Part shown: piece by piece, positions 1 through 14,455 of the stretch
Numbering within the stretch: position 1 is the first letter of the stretch
Layout: every line of letters starts with the position of its first letter
Assembly: GCA_903813345.2 (NCBI GenBank)
Contig: CAIIXF020000001.1
Coordinates: 47,492,001 to 47,556,000, forward strand
Direction: 5' to 3'
Length of the DNA stretch: 64,000 bases
Source: Owenia fusiformis
Taxonomy: Eukaryota
The notes under the pieces: model-generated
The model's input: only the letters and a program-made list of their open reading frames with translations
Database searches by the model: none
Told to the model about the DNA's origin: nothing
Position numbers and translations under genes: made by a program

Positions 1-800
1 TATATGACTAGGGCCATCGGGAATGTAACTTTTAATATCAATTCTTGCAACGTACTGAGAGGGTAATTCTTGGTTATTTTAGATATTCGAGAAATAATTC
101 ATAAGGAAAAGTTTCCAGAAAGATTAATTAGATTTGTTCTGGTGGCCATTTTACTGAAGTGAACGTGAAGTGAAAGTGAAATCAATAGTTGACGATGCGC
201 TGTTTAAACAATACCAATATGGAGTTAGATATTTTACTCCTTTAACATTACTGCGTGATCAATTTGTTCAATCATGTTTGGAAAATGTAGGTTACAGTTG
301 TGTGCTCTCTTTTTGCCAATTCTTCCATTGAAATTGATGGGTTTTCCAATGCTTCGTGTTTCTTTTAACATCATTGGATTTACAAGATTTTCTTATTCCC
401 AAAATGCTGTTATTCCACCAGTTATTCAATTCAATTTAATACATTCATACATGCATATTACGAGCATTTTCGAGAATTCAAACTATAATTAAATAAAAAT
501 TATGTGGATATAAATGACATATTACTTAGAGTGTAAAAATAATTAATGTATAGTGTTACTGAAACGAAAGCTAGACAAACCGAACGTCTCGACTGATTGT
601 TTAAGGTGCTTGGTATTACTTTAATTGAAATAATGTGATCATAATTATTATCCTATATGATAATCATGGAAGTAAGAAAAATGAAACGAAAATGGCTAGA
701 AATGTAAATCTGACGGGGATGGGTGGGAATTTAAAGTTGGTATTCCTTTGCATCTTTTGTTTAATGTTAAAATAATATCACGAATATATGTGTGCAACTG

Positions 801-1700
801 CATATCATATCATATCATATCATATCATATCTCGCTTTATGATGCTCGCCACAATAGTAAGTTAACTATCAATAATGTATATATAAATATCGAAGCACAA
901 AAGGGAAAGGACCAGAAACTATAAAGAAACCAAGCAAGAAAAACAAACTCTAAGTGTAAACCTTAAGAAAGATAGACACCATATATCCCAAAACCATGGT
1001 CTAACGTGAAAAGAAATAATGTCTAACATCCCCTTCTCCCCTCTAATCGAGAACCAATATCACATTCCAGGACCAGAACACCAAGGTACATTTCATTCAT
1101 ACTGAAGTCATTACAATACATGTTAAAGAAAACATTGAAAAAAAGATACTCATAAATCATAACATCAAAAATAGTTGTAGATACTACTCATCAAAGATGC
1201 ATTCAATCTCAAATGATGTGGGATAGACGAATTGATAGAAGTCTGGGATCTCCCATGATCGATCGTAAAATGTACGTGTCATATGGCATTGACCAAATAA
1301 ATCAGAGCACGAAAATATGTTATACGTTCACTAGCCAGGCACCAAGGTACAAATATTTCGTCTTGATTTCAAGTTTCTTGTTATGCGAGGTATAATCCAA
1401 CAATTTAATAAGAGATTTGGAGTTGGTCGAATTGGCTTGACATTCTAAAATGAAAGGTTCAATGCAAAACATGTGTTATATGCAATTCATGCAGGATGTC
1501 GAAGGTAACTCTAAAATATAAGTTTGTCGCATCGTTCTGAATGAAACAGGCGTATCCTATTGATTAGCACGCACTAAAACACTTATCTTGATGTATTATC
1601 GGTAAAAGATGGTCAATACGAGATCAGACGAGGCAACGAAATATTGGAGCAATTTTTCAGTCAGTCAAATACAGTCTTATGTTATCCAGAGGTATTTCCG
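801..1700 (-). mobile_element. Degraded 3' end of a LINE-like retrotransposon ending in an (ATATG)6 tail
   Basis: (CATAT)6 at 801-830 reads on the minus strand as ATAAAGCGAG-(ATATG)n, a microsatellite tail. Minus-strand sequence near 1430-1500 translates as SCMNC..CIEPFILECQ, resembling the C-terminal zinc finger of LINE ORF2. The upstream boundary is approximate. Confidence 0.4.
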
Positions 1701-3507
1701 ACCATAAGTACAGTATTTTTCAATTTATTAGCATAGAATGTAGATATTATCAAATTCAGTTGTCTAGAATGAAATGAATGAAAACATTGGAAAGCATAAG
1801 AAATTCTTATGGTAAAATAACATTGGATATGTTGTTTTCGAACTTTATTTCTTTCAGCACATTCCCCATTTTTGAATTCCAGAATAGTTTCATCACTGAC
1901 TCTTCTATCATTAACAGATTTATCCGTTCGTTCCGTTATACGATAACGCGACAAACGTCATTCGACACGATGCATACTGCATAGGATAATTAACGACATA
2001 CGAGCAAAAAGGAATGAAATGCTCCCTAATTATACATTATTTCAAGGCTATTGAAATGTTGATCCGACCCCTTGGGTTTATTTGCGGGTGGGATTCAAAT
2101 GGCAAATTTTGAAATAAAACATGCGTTTTAGTAACCATCCCATGAACTTATCTTATAGTTCGTTTTAATCGCTTTCTTTTGATACTGCGACATGTTGTTG
2201 AAATGTCTCTGATTATGATTTGCTTTATTTGACGTTTGGCTACACTCAAAGTTGAAACAGGTAAACGTGTAAATGTCAGTTGTTGATGATATTAAAGCAA
2301 ACTGTCGACAATTTAAAAATGTTTTTTTACTAAGTTTTATCCACCATAACACATCTTGTCAAAGATCGAGCGAAGTCGTCTCACATGGTTTATGTCAAGA
2401 CAGACGGACGGATGAACGAAATAACGGACCAAAATACGTAATCGAGGATTTGGATTGATTTGAAAGAACTCATCATGAACTACCATATTGCACGTCTTTT
2501 GAATAAATAGTCGAATAATTTCACCAGGTTATTTTTCAGTAGCAGTAACTTCACATCATAGCGACCGATACATCACTATGCACACAATCTTATTCAGAAA
2601 ACAATTGCAACATACAATACTTACGTACAATGTACAATAAAACACTTTTTGTTGAAATAAATCTATTCAAATAAAATACTATCAGCTGAAGTTTTACTTT
2701 AAAATATTCCAAACTGTCAGAATCAATGACAAGACAGATATATCAATGTCCGAAATCACTGTTGTATGTCGTATTCTCATAAATCGTTCAATTTTATTCA
2801 GGTCTTTAATTCTCATCTTAGAGGAACCCGTAGGGCTTTAATTCTTTGTATTGGCAAAGTAAGTCAATACCATATGATTCTGGCCAGTATTCTCATCATC
2901 CAAACCAATAATTATATACCGATGAAAGAAATTTGAAATTATAATAGATATATCTTTATAAAATACTGAATCTTCGGCACTTTAATGTCGCGTGGCTCCC
3001 AGTAGGTCTGACTATATCATTGAGTTCAATTGGTGGTATATTCCCATATTGAGCCTACCTTATTGTCCCATATTGAGTAATCGCCAATGGGTCGTCCATC
3101 TGTCATATGGGGTTTGATCTATTGGTGTTGACTACACGGACCATGTATCATCAAATAAACGTATGTAATCATTCGTCATAGCTGGAGAGGTACTCAGCTC
3201 ACTGGCACCTGCAAAATATAATTGTTCCGTTTTTGGTCATAATATTGACATTTGTTTGATTTTCTTTTGTATTTCAAGAGTTCTGAGAATGTGAATCGTG
3301 CAATTTGGAATTATATTTTACGTTAATATGACCGTCATTCATCGAGCATACCATAATGATCAACTTTATGGAAGATCATGGAGTATGCACTTTAAAACCT
3401 TTTAGAACAACTATTTGTTGCATGCTTTTATGTCAGGGGACATAGCTCAAAAACAAGTTAAAGTGCATGGAACCCATTGTGGGATCCTCAGTCTGTACTA
3501 TCGCTTG

Positions 3508-4418
3508 GACGTGTCGCAAAAAGGTGGCGCATTTGTTTTTAAGGGTATCGCGTGAATGTAACTTTGATTCCCCGGATTATAAGATAATATTTTAATTAAA
3601 GTTATATATCATTTTAAAGCTGTTTCGATGAAGATTTTAGATCAACTACACTCCGTTCACATTTTTTGCGTGTTCGTTTTTAAAAAAGATTTTTTTACCA
3701 AAACATCTGGCAAATATCCCATGTTGACACGTTACATTTTGAATTATTTTTCGTCTTTAAACGTTCATAACTCAAACAATATATGACTATTATACTTATT
3801 TTTCGTCTTGATAAAGGTAGATGGAAGTTTTATTTCAAAGGATGAATTTTAGTAAGCGTCCCATTATATTGTGACGTCATAGAGTCTGAAAAATAGAATC
3901 TGTTGACAGCGACCTTTCTTGCTCATTTTTTGGTACCTTCAACTTTTCAGGTGTACATTAAACAAAAAATACGAGATCAATTTTTAATAATCATACATGA
4001 TTATTTTGCTCCTAAACTCTAGTTTATTAATAAATAGTTGATTTTGTTCACAAAAGTATGTGTTTTCTGTTGTATGTGGAAAAGTGGAGGACGAAAGGTT
4101 TTCAAAATTCATTAAAATAGGGCTAATTTACGCCATTCGCCTATTTTCAAGCACAGCAACACGTATATTTATTTCACCTAAAATATCAATTGATTCGTGT
4201 TTTATGATGCTCCTAGCCCATTAACAATATATATATGATATCAGAGTTATTCGTCTAAAAGGTTTTGAGATATAGAGGTAAATGTGGAGGACGAAAGGAT
4301 TTTCATGTGTGTACATTTTTCTCAAAAACGTCACATTCTATCATGTTAAAAGCGAGGATCCTCTGGATTACGCCACAAAATGTGTAACAATGCGTGCGCG
4401 AGCTTTTTGCGACACGTC
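3508..4418. repeat. Segment bounded by a perfect 16-bp inverted repeat; possible non-autonomous DNA transposon
   Basis: GACGTGTCGCAAAAAG (3508-3523) and CTTTTTGCGACACGTC (4403-4418). Internal direct repeat GTGGAGGACGAAAGG at about 4084 and 4284. No clear TSD. Confidence 0.45.
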
Positions 4419-4668
4419 TGGAATAGAGACATAACCTTTAGATGAGAGACTAATAAATCAGAATACAAGAAACCGATATAAGATATAATACAAAAGTGAT
4501 TTACAGTAGTCCCTAACTTGCTCAGAGAAAAATGAAGTTTCGTTGACCGGTACTCTGCCACAAAAAATGAACACATCATTTCAAAGTACTGACTTCCCTT
4601 TTATTAAGAAATTATAGTTCGTTTTGATTGTAACAGGGGCTTTTGCCTCTAAAATCCTTCTAAAAACT

Positions 4669-5795
4669 ACCCTGCGCGCAGAGTCTAGTTAAACTACACG
4701 AAGACGAAGCTCTCTTTTAAGAAGTGAAGTCAAACGAATGCAAATGGTATCTAAAAACCTTCTCAAAACAACTTTTAGTATATATATTTTTTACATTTTG
4801 CCACAACATAACTGCATTTCAATTATGATATCAATTGATTTTCATAAAATTAAGTACTTTGTCAATATGTTTTAAGTAACAAAAACCGTATAATGCTTGA
4901 AAAGGTATTGTGACATGTATAAAAGGTACAGGGTAACAAAAACGTTAGCCAAATAAATATGATTACTTTGGAATATAATCATGATATCCCCATATTAAGT
5001 CAATAGTGCATATCCCCATGGTAAGTCAATATAGCCTTGCTCAAATCCTCATTTTCTAAGTGAAACTCCCTGTTACCGGGAAAATGTAACATAACCTAGT
5101 GTATATCATATTTGTAGGAACACTAGTGTACTAGGTAGTAGTTGGTTTTTGTGGAGGACACCCGAACAACAGGTTCCTTATCTAGAGCTCTAGAAAAACC
5201 AGATCAGGGACTAATTGTGTTTTCGGGACAACAGTCCACTTCATAAATTTGACCATAGTTGCGCATAAAATATTTTCGCCATAGGGCGTTGACATACTCA
5301 TGAAGCAAGAACACTCGCAATAAATGCATGCGATTAGAATACTAAACTATACTTCTTGTAATTAAATTGTATATGCTCATGTAATCTCCACCACGCACGT
5401 GCAAAAAGGATCAGAGACGAGATGGCTCACTATCTAAGATTACTTCTAATCTACTACTTACAGATTTTAAAATGTGTACATTTTTCTAAATAGTGAAATA
5501 TATACATCTATGTATATTACGTATAATACTTTGATCATGTTTCATGAGTACATATAAACGTTAATTTACTCCATACGTTCATTTCCGTCTTGTGGTGTTA
5601 AGTGTAAGATATTGTTCATTCATGTGCACTATATATATTGCTTATTAACGACTTAGCGGGGATACAACAATCAACGAGATACCAGGAGTTTCAGCTCCAG
5701 GGGGCAACTTGGGATACTCTTTGCATTCGTTTGACTTCACTTCTTAAAAGAGAGCTTCGTCTTCTTGTAGTTTAACTAGACTCTGCACGCAGGGT
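4669..5795. mobile_element. MITE / non-autonomous DNA transposon with ~75-bp terminal inverted repeats (TIRs)
   Basis: ACCCTGCGCGCAGAGTCTAGTTAAACTAC...GTCAAACGAATGCAA at the left end and its near-perfect reverse complement at about 5720-5795. Flanked by direct repeat AAACT (or AAC if the termini are TA). Confidence 0.8.
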
Positions 5796-6548
5796 AAACT
5801 TGGGACTAAATGACGTTGGATAACGTAGGGGTTTTCATCTCCCATATTCCTGAATGTTTGTTCTACCATTAGAATATTACCATTAAATAAAGTGTGTGTC
5901 ATTTCGATGTTCCACCTTCATATTTTTCTTTTAAATTTTTGTAATAAGTCCAACCAAATTGGGCCGAAACCAAATCCGAATATTGATGAAATCAACACAA
6001 TTATGTGTATGTATAAAATACTTTTTTTCATACATTAATTATTAAAAACTACAATTCATATTAAGGTGCAACAGTTAGTGCAGGGGGGTGGCATTCAACG
6101 ATCATCGACCAGTGTCAAAATATATTTGAGTTTGGATATTTCATCAAGACTAACATATATTTTCATTATATACAAAGAAAACCCCTTGATGAACATTAAT
6201 TTAGCTGATATTCCTCTTGAAACGCGGTGGATCTTAAAAATCTATAAGTGAGACTCCCTTTATAGAAGCTTTGAACTGAATTTACACTTCTTTATGCTGA
6301 AATTGATAGTTTATACAACACATACATTTTAAGAAAATAGGTATGTCAAAGAAGGTGCTTGCTTATTACGTTATATGGACTACGTAAGTTTATTATATTT
6401 TAATATGTCAGGATTGTTAGCTCATTACATAAGTTAATTGTGTTTCCAAATGTAAGGATTACTAGCCTAGCTAACAACATTTTCATATGTAAGTTAATCA
6501 AATTTTGAAATGTAACAACTGCTAGCTAATTACATGTTCATAAGTTTC

Positions 6549-6784
6549 ATATGAAAATATAATTAACTTACAATCCCCTCCATAAGTTTGGTAACAGGAA
6601 ATTCCATTTTGGATCACGAAATCAAAACCCTGTTTATGTACGAGGTAATATTCCAGATTTGTCATAAACTTCCGATACTGTAATAACCCAAACAATGTTA
6701 GGCTCTGCATGATATTCTATCTAATGGAAACTCCCGACTACCAAACTTATGGAGGGGATGGTAAGTTAATTATACTTTCATATG
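6549..6784. repeat. Short foldback inside a cluster of degenerate TTTTCATATGTAAG repeats
   Basis: ATAATTAACTTACAATCCCCTCCATAAGTTTGGTA pairs with TACCAAACTTATGGAGGGGATGGTAAGTTAATTAT. Confidence 0.55.
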
Positions 6785-7099
6785 TAAGGATCTTGCTAGC
6801 TAATTACATTTTCATATGTAAGTATATTTTCACATGTAAGAATTTCTTGCTAATTACATTCTTATGTACTAGTTAATTATATTTTCATACATGCGTTTTT
6901 TATACGTTAGGATTTCTTTAATACATTTCCCCGACATTTTCAAATGTCAGCTGATTAATTTTTCATATACAAGTTAATTACATATGAATATTTAAGGATT
7001 GTTAGCTTAATACATTTTCATATGTAAGGATTTCTGGGTTAGAATAACAGTTTCCGTGATTCACGACCACAGGTGCAACAGTTGATACCAAATAGTATC

Positions 7100-7465
7100 C
7101 GTTTTCCCACACTGTTGGAATACTCTGGCACGTGCGCAAGCATAATACCCATGTAGCTTGCCAGTACTACCAGCGTTCACTAGTCGGAAACAATGTTTGC
7201 CAATAGTTACGTAATTCTAAAAGTATCAGATGTAACTTACTGAACAATACAATTTACATACAGAACGAGAAAATAAACATATTTTTCCAAGTTGATCAGC
7301 TCATTTCTAAATATATCATTTAGATTCAGCGTCTACTTTTGTCGTGAGGTACTTTATTGAAATAGCGGTCGCTGATTGGCCACTTGTATAGGTATGTTCG
7401 TATGCCTGTTTAAACATAAGCGATTTTCCCACGACATCCTCGGCGCACGGTGTTTATAATCTACG
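7100..7465 (+). promoter_or_regulatory. Putative HES proximal promoter with Su(H)/CSL sites, a HES-binding box, CCAAT and TATA-like elements
   Basis: TTCCCACA at 7104-7111 and TTCCCACG at 7426-7433 (reverse YGTGGGAA). TGGCACGTGC at 7126-7135. ATTGG at about 7375. TTTATAAT at about 7453-7460. All lie within 520 bp of the ATG. Confidence 0.6.
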
Positions 7466-7615
7466 TGTGCTTAGAACGATGTCATTTATCAAGCGGCATT
7501 CCGTCACACACTATCACCCGTAGTCATCGGGACAAGAGCACGCTAGCGCCACCAATAGGCATCATCCTGAATTAAGAACTTGTAGGATTAAGAAAGCTGA
7601 ACGTCACGATAAGAC

Positions 7616-10600
7616 ATGACGCCAGAAGAAGCCATGGAAACATTAGCAAGTGACAAAAGAGTAAATATATTTTTGTTACATTTATAATTAAGATTAATAT
7701 ACTTAATATGTGTTCTACATTTTTATATATAATTATGTCCAAAGCTTTTAGTATACGGAACATTCAAAGTGTACGTTTATATTTCAGTTTCACCAATAAA
7801 TAATAAATAAAAAAACAAATGAATCTTTTACATGTACATTTCTGTAATTGCTCTTGGACGTCATATTTAACTAGTTTTACTATTTTAACTATTGTCAATA
7901 ACATTTAGAAAGTAACAAAAAATGTATTTGAATCTAATTATCACCAGTTGAAGTAAAAATGATGTTTTTAATTGTTTATAGAGTAATAAGCCAATGATGG
8001 AGAAGAGACGTAGGGCACGAATCAACGCCAGTCTAGCGGAACTAAAGGCACTTCTTATCGATTTCATGAAAACAGAGGTAAAAACTTGCATCTTATCCTT
8101 AGTCATCCAATTTTTTACCACCCACCCGGCCCTTTTTGCTGACTGTATTACACCACCATACGGCAAACGTATGTTTAGTTATCAAGAGGCGGCTTCGCAA
8201 AGGCTATTCCCTTAGGCGGTAGCAAAGAATATAGAGTGCTAAATGTTGTTTAATTTTTTTTCAAAAGCATGTTTCCCCTAGAATAAAGAAAATCGAATAA
8301 ATGTTTAAGATATTGAAGACGGTACAGTAATGTTCATATGCATAAGAAATGAAAACAAGGAACGTTCAATTTTTCAAAGGTATAGCTAAATAATCAATGC
8401 ATCATGAAATAATGTCGTTTACTCGTCTGTATCCGGTCTGTATCCTTGTCGGTAGCTCTTTCAAGTTAAGTCTATTCAATAACAAAGAATAAGTATAACT
8501 GATTTTGATTCAGATGTAATACTTGTCAAGAATCCGAATGTTAAGTTGCGATGGGGATCCGTGAGCTTGAGTTTGGTGCGATATATTACAAGCAGACGTT
8601 TTCATGAGTCTACAAGGCGCATGAGGGTTGGGACGTGAATAAGCCTATAAAAAAGCAAGCAATTTATCAAGTGATCCGGGCAAAAAACGTAAAGAGCCCG
8701 CCATTGAACCTTGGAACGCAACCTGTCTACACACTCGCATCATCCTTTCATATCGACCCTATCATAAATTGCTAGATTTGATGGCTCAGTTGTTTAAGTA
8801 AACTTTCCCACAACCTTTTTGTTTGTTAACTTGACAGTAATTTAAGAGATATGATTTTAATGAAGTATACTTTCAACGAAATTTTCTTGTTGTAGGATTA
8901 ATAGTTTTTACGTTTCATGCTGATTCATCTCTACCTTGCCGTGTGAAACTTAATTTAATGTGTCGTCTGAATTAACCACATGTGAAACTCTAGAAAGATA
9001 TAACGGCTCGAATTTTATTAAAACAAGTATCATCTGCACTTATTTTATTACAAAGAACATAACCTGTACAAAGTCATATTTCATATTTGGCAACTCCTTT
9101 CATCTATGTGTGTTTTACGGTGTTGCAATTCATTCATCAGTATATTTTAGCGAACATAATCATCACTCACCGTAGGGTGTCTATTCTTTTGTAGGGGAGC
9201 CGTCATTCGAAGATGGAGAAGGCCGACATCCTAGAGATGACTGTACGACATCTGCGTCAGCTGCAAAGGCAGCAATATTCCGGTAAGTTCCCTATACTGC
9301 AAACGTTTATAAGAACTAGTGCTACAAGGGTTAGATCAATAAAAAGAAAATGACCACGTAAAGGGAACAATCAGGGACAATCAGTCATGAGGACATGAAT
9401 CCCCAGCATACCAAACATACATAAGAATAGTGTCTTCCTTTCTCTTCCGTATAATACGTATTTATACCATGCCATTGCTTAATGCTAATGTGTGTTAAGT
9501 ATTAATCAACATTTCTTTTTCCCATGGTCAAGTTACTCGTGTGTTTATACTCCCATTCATGCCCTTGTTTTTGACTTCCTCCAAGTGCAGGAACCCAGAT
9601 ATCATTCACTGAAGGAACTCAGTGAATAATGTCAGTCTTGACTCCTGCCTCTGAGGGTTATGCATTGGATGAAAACAATTGGTTTTCGTTTCAACCCATC
9701 TACTTCTAATTAACTGTTTTTAAGCGTTATTTTCTTATGGGCAAGTTTTTGTAAATTTTCAACATGGGCGTAGCCAGGCGGGTGCGATAGGTGCGATCAC
9801 CTCACCCCCACAAAAAGAGAAAATGCAATTATATAAATGTTGTTGAAAATGTAACAAGTTACCCACTTGACAATTGCTGACTACTCCCCTGTTCAATGAA
9901 TGTGTTTTGCCATTGCACCTGAATAAGCAATAGCTTTATTCATATGCAAAATATAAAGATAGTTAATATATCTACAACTAATATAACACAAGACCCATTA
10001 TCATTTGGTGGAGCCCGGGGAAATATTGGAGCAAAAATGAATGCAAAGGGCAGCACTGGTTTTACAACTTCAACTTGGTTGGTTCCTGTTGTAATGTGAA
10101 ATGTTGACAAAATTGACTAGCCTACTGAATTATTATTCATTAAGGATATTAAATTATATTTTAAAGTGGAAAATTTATCAAGTTCAAATCTATGTTGGCA
10201 CGCGGATGAAATGTAATACCCAAATGACTATTGTAAATGTAAATACTTGTGATTCCATACCACACGTGGCAGTAAATGACAGAGTCCAGTTATGAGATTC
10301 AAACATTGTCTTTTGAGTTATAATTGCCAAGTCTTGAATGGAGGATTCTATTGTCAGAAGAAAATTTAATACAGTGATATTCACCTTATAATAGGTATTA
10401 AATATGCCACCCTTTGTCTGCCTGGTAGATCTTTACGGTTGGTGAAACCATGGTGGTATTCCAATTTACATTTGATAAACTGTTCAATGAGGCTTTACAT
10501 CAATTGTTAATACTTGGGATTACCTTTGCTCGGGGTAACAATGGCCAGGCATTCATGTAATTGTTCTCAAAACCAATGAACAGACAATTATAATGGATTC

Positions 10601-11566
10601 AAAACAGGAAACGATGTTGCACCAGATAGGTATATGCCAAATAAATAACAGATTGATACATGTACATTTAAATTGTGCTGATTTATTTCAGGGAGCACAG
10701 AGCCTACACAAATGGCCAAATTTCACGCTGGCTACAACGAATGTGCCAGCCAGTTGTCCAACGTTCTCTCCAACACAGGGAATGGGGTCGACCTCGAACT
10801 AAGAACAAGACTTTTAACACATTTAGCGAACACTATCCATGTTCAGAACTCAAGCTCTCACGATGGTGACGTCCACTCGTCCAGTCCTCACCCTACCATG
10901 CCACATGTAATGGATCATATGAGCACTGTAATGACATCGCAGTCGTCACCTCCATTATCTGAACCACATATGAAGATGATCAAACTTGATGATGTTTCAA
11001 GTTCGCAATATCTCAGTCAAAGCCTGGAGGCATCCAATCCACAAAAGGAAACAGATTCTTTATTAAAGCATAAATATCCTTCCAGGCGAGAACAACATAA
11101 TGAACCAAATGCGAGGTTCAATGAACAAACCGTTCAGAATAGCACCCTGGGTTACGTCCCAACGTTGGGTCCGTTACCAGCGCCACGTTTATCCACACCT
11201 ACACACCCATTAGCCATACAGACAATGCCACAAGGAGTGCAAATTATGACCCCAGCTCAGAATGGAAACTTGGCAATTGTAATTCCAAGCAATTTTCTAA
11301 ATGGTACTAATTGTCTCAGCATACCCTTATATGCAACATTTGCTAATAGCGGCCCTATTCAACACAGTAGCCCGAAACGGGCTGATACCATCGAGTTTGC
11401 TCCAATGGACACTCAAGCATCTATCAGTGTACGAGAAAATAAACTTGACGGTGGGATCACTGTTAAAAATAACACTGATACATCTGATCATAATCAGCGA
11501 TTCCCTGCTCCTGCTGATGTTGCGGGTAAAGCGTCTTATGACAGCGACATGTGGAGACCTTGGTAG
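7616..11566 (+). CDS. HES: Hairy/Enhancer-of-split (HES) bHLH-Orange transcriptional repressor, 367 aa; exons 7616-7660, 7982-8077, 9195-9282, 10692-11566
   Basis: All introns are GT-AG and the frame is kept across exons (45+96+88+875=1104 nt). Basic region with the HES proline (SNKPMMEKRRRARINASLAELK), helix 2 (SKMEKADILEMTVRHLRQLQ), Orange domain (KFHAGYNECASQLSNVL...LRTRLLTHL) and C-terminal WRPW-stop. An alternative in-frame ATG lies at 7634. Confidence 0.95.
9767..9890. repeat. Short dispersed repeat (GGCGTAGCCAGG family) in HES intron 3
   Basis: GGGCGTAGCCAGGCGGGTGCGATAGGTGCGATC...CTGACTACTCCCCTG. The same motif occurs at about 38575-38612 (inverted) and 38875-38915. Confidence 0.5.
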
Positions 11567-12818
11567 GATAACAGTGACATATATAATATACTCAACCGCT
11601 GCTGACAGTTGCACTGCTGAATTTAGATAATTAACTGGTAACTTTTTAAATGTTCAACAACATGTTCGATTCGTTATTTGAGTTTAACATAGTAGCAATA
11701 CACATATTGCCCATACTCTGTTTATCAAAAAGAAATGATCGCGATCCTAAGCATCAATTAATTATAGTGTATTGTTGTCAAGGTTTCCTGATAATCAAGA
11801 TGTTGAAATTCTTAATTTCAAAACTGATTATTATTTGATAGTAAAAACGTTGGGTTGAGCAAATGAACTCATATTTATGATATGCGGGTTTTAATCTGCA
11901 AGGGATTATAAAGGAATCTGGTAAATATGACTTTTGAGCAGCTTTGAAGTCAAAGCCAGTTTGCAAACCGAGGTCGTTTGTTTCTCATCTCATGAATTGC
12001 ATTTTGGATCAGATATATTTGTGTAAGGAATAATTTGGGATTCATCTACAAGGCTAATTTGCTCAGTCCTTTGTATTCGAGGGTTATCATTACCAAAGTC
12101 AAACACGGAGTTGTATATTGTATCAAGAAATGTCAATAACATCTAGGGAACAAATAGTACAAACACAGCAACCTGTTGAAATCAAACACGTTGAAAGGGG
12201 ACGAATGTAAATCTAAACACAGTTATAGAAATGTATGTTCATACTTTGTAATTGTTAAACATTGATACAGGAATAAATCAAATAAAAATAATAAAAAAAT
12301 TATGTTTGTTTGCAAATTGATTTATAATTTTAGGGACCTTTAAGCGTAACCGTGTCTACATGTATTAAAGAACCCCTCGCCGAAACATTCGAAAAAGTAA
12401 AGTTGAGATAATTAATTTCTGATATAAACGTTATTTATGCCCAACGGGAAAAAAAGAAAATATAATTTTTAGGACTTCCCTTCAATTACATTTAACTATG
12501 AAGTCATATACCGGTAATTCTATGATGTTTTCTTGTTTACAAAGAAAACATCCAGCTTCAGTTATGATTGAAAGACATTGTTAATGCTCGTTTGACCCCA
12601 TTCTCTCTCAAGTACTTCAGATATATCACTTAGACCCACATCAACTGAGATAAATATATTCCACCATAGCGAAAATCTCAATAAAAATCCCGTGAATTAC
12701 GCCCAGATTTCATATAATCCTGGACAAGAGACATATAAAACGGTTGTATCTCTGCCTGGACTAAGACTCTGGCCGGGACAAAAAGTGGGATGTGTGTTCT
12801 GAGCATGTACCCACGTAA

Positions 12819-14455
12819 TGCCTTGGTCACATAGGCTCCGATTTTCACTGCGGCGCCCGGCCGATGAGTATTTTGTTCAAAATCGGCCGGCGAGCCCGGG
12901 CATCGTACGGGCGCCGGGCGATGATCGCCACTCATCGGCCGATTTTTAGACATCGTACGGGCGCCGGCAGAGTTTTATCGCGGAGATAAAAGTTGCCGAT
13001 GTTTTGGCGATTTTTTCTCATCCAAACTCATCGGTACCTACCCGGCCGTGTCCCGCCCGATCATCGTACGATTATCTTACGGCGCCCGGTGGCATCGCAC
13101 GGTCATCTTTGGATTTTGCGTGCTGATTTGTTGGATAAATCTTAATAATGATTACTTATTAAGTGATATAAAGGTTTTAAAAATAATGAGGTAAGGAATT
13201 ATAAATACTACACACTGTCAGAGATTTTTATAAAACATAAATGGAACGATTAAGCTTACTGTATATAAAACAATGGCACACATTTGAATGGCTGGGTGGG
13301 TGGGTTGATCTAGTCGTTCTTATATTGACATTAATCGTGTATGTCTGTCATACACATTGAATAGAGTGTTACATTTTTATGCGTATATTCACTCATGCAT
13401 ATACCATTACAAATCATTTATTTTAAAAACCTTCGGAATGTTTTTGTGAGTACAGTAATTTCAAGGGTCACAATTTTACTACGATTAATTACGTCTCAAT
13501 TACAACGTAATATGCCAAAGGCTAAGGATAGAGGGGATAAGGCCAATGGGCCATGAGGAAGGCCTTGGGAAGACAGGTGGAAAAAGACAATAACAATGCT
13601 ACTGAGCTGGTGGATGATGAAGATTTAGATGTGTCTATAGGGAAGCGGGTACTCCACTTGAAACAGAAGAAATATGCCAATTTCTTTGAAGCCATATTTT
13701 TATGACCAAACTAATTCTCTTTACAAGAACAGACGAAAGAAAGATGGAGAAATAGGGAATTTTGCTAATAGCATCGGATGGACAGGTAGACATAGTATTT
13801 TTTTATATGAAAGATCTAAAAATGAATTAAGATCAGGGTGCACTTTGATGAAAAGACCACGTCCAGTATGGCAAGTGATTTTAGACGGTCATATCTTTCA
13901 CCATGAGTACCTTCTGGGCACAAATAGAGTGTTTTTATTAAAACAATATGTTTTCTTTCAATTGAAGTACCCATGATGATAAAAATATCAATCAAACAAT
14001 TCGAAAAATGATGAATAGGGACCCCATGTCAACATTTTTTCTAAATATTGAACCTATTTACTCAAAAGAGGATCTTCTTTTTCTGATTTTTATTGCATGA
14101 AAACATTATTATCCTGGAAGTCCTGTTTATCAAAGTATTTCGTTTTCAAATGTTGCATTCACGCCATGTGGAACAGTCATACTGGGTCATACAGGGATTA
14201 AGTATAAATCTAGAGGCCTGTAAATCGACCGATGTCCTGGCGGGTTCCGTACGGCCATCGGCCGATAGCCTTGCGATACCCTTGCGATGTCTTTCAGATT
14301 CAATTGATTGCGGGCGCCGCACGATGCCTGTTCTAATGTGACCATACTCACGATTAGATCAAGACATCGGTGAAAAGTCACCGGCGCCCGGTCGATTTAT
14401 AAATCGGCCGATGACTACTCATCGGCCGGCGCCCGGCGGCTATGTGACCCAGGCA
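12819..14455 (+). mobile_element. Non-autonomous PIF/Harbinger-like DNA transposon with a decayed MADF/Myb-like ORF
   Basis: TIRs TGCCTTGGTCACATAG / CTATGTGACCCAGGCA, TAA TSD on both sides (12816-12818, 14456-14458), GC-rich subterminal GGCGCCCGG/CGGCCGAT repeats. Internal KPYFYDQTNSLYKNRRKKDGEIGNFANSIGWT at about 13690-13785 resembles a MADF domain. Confidence 0.8.
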
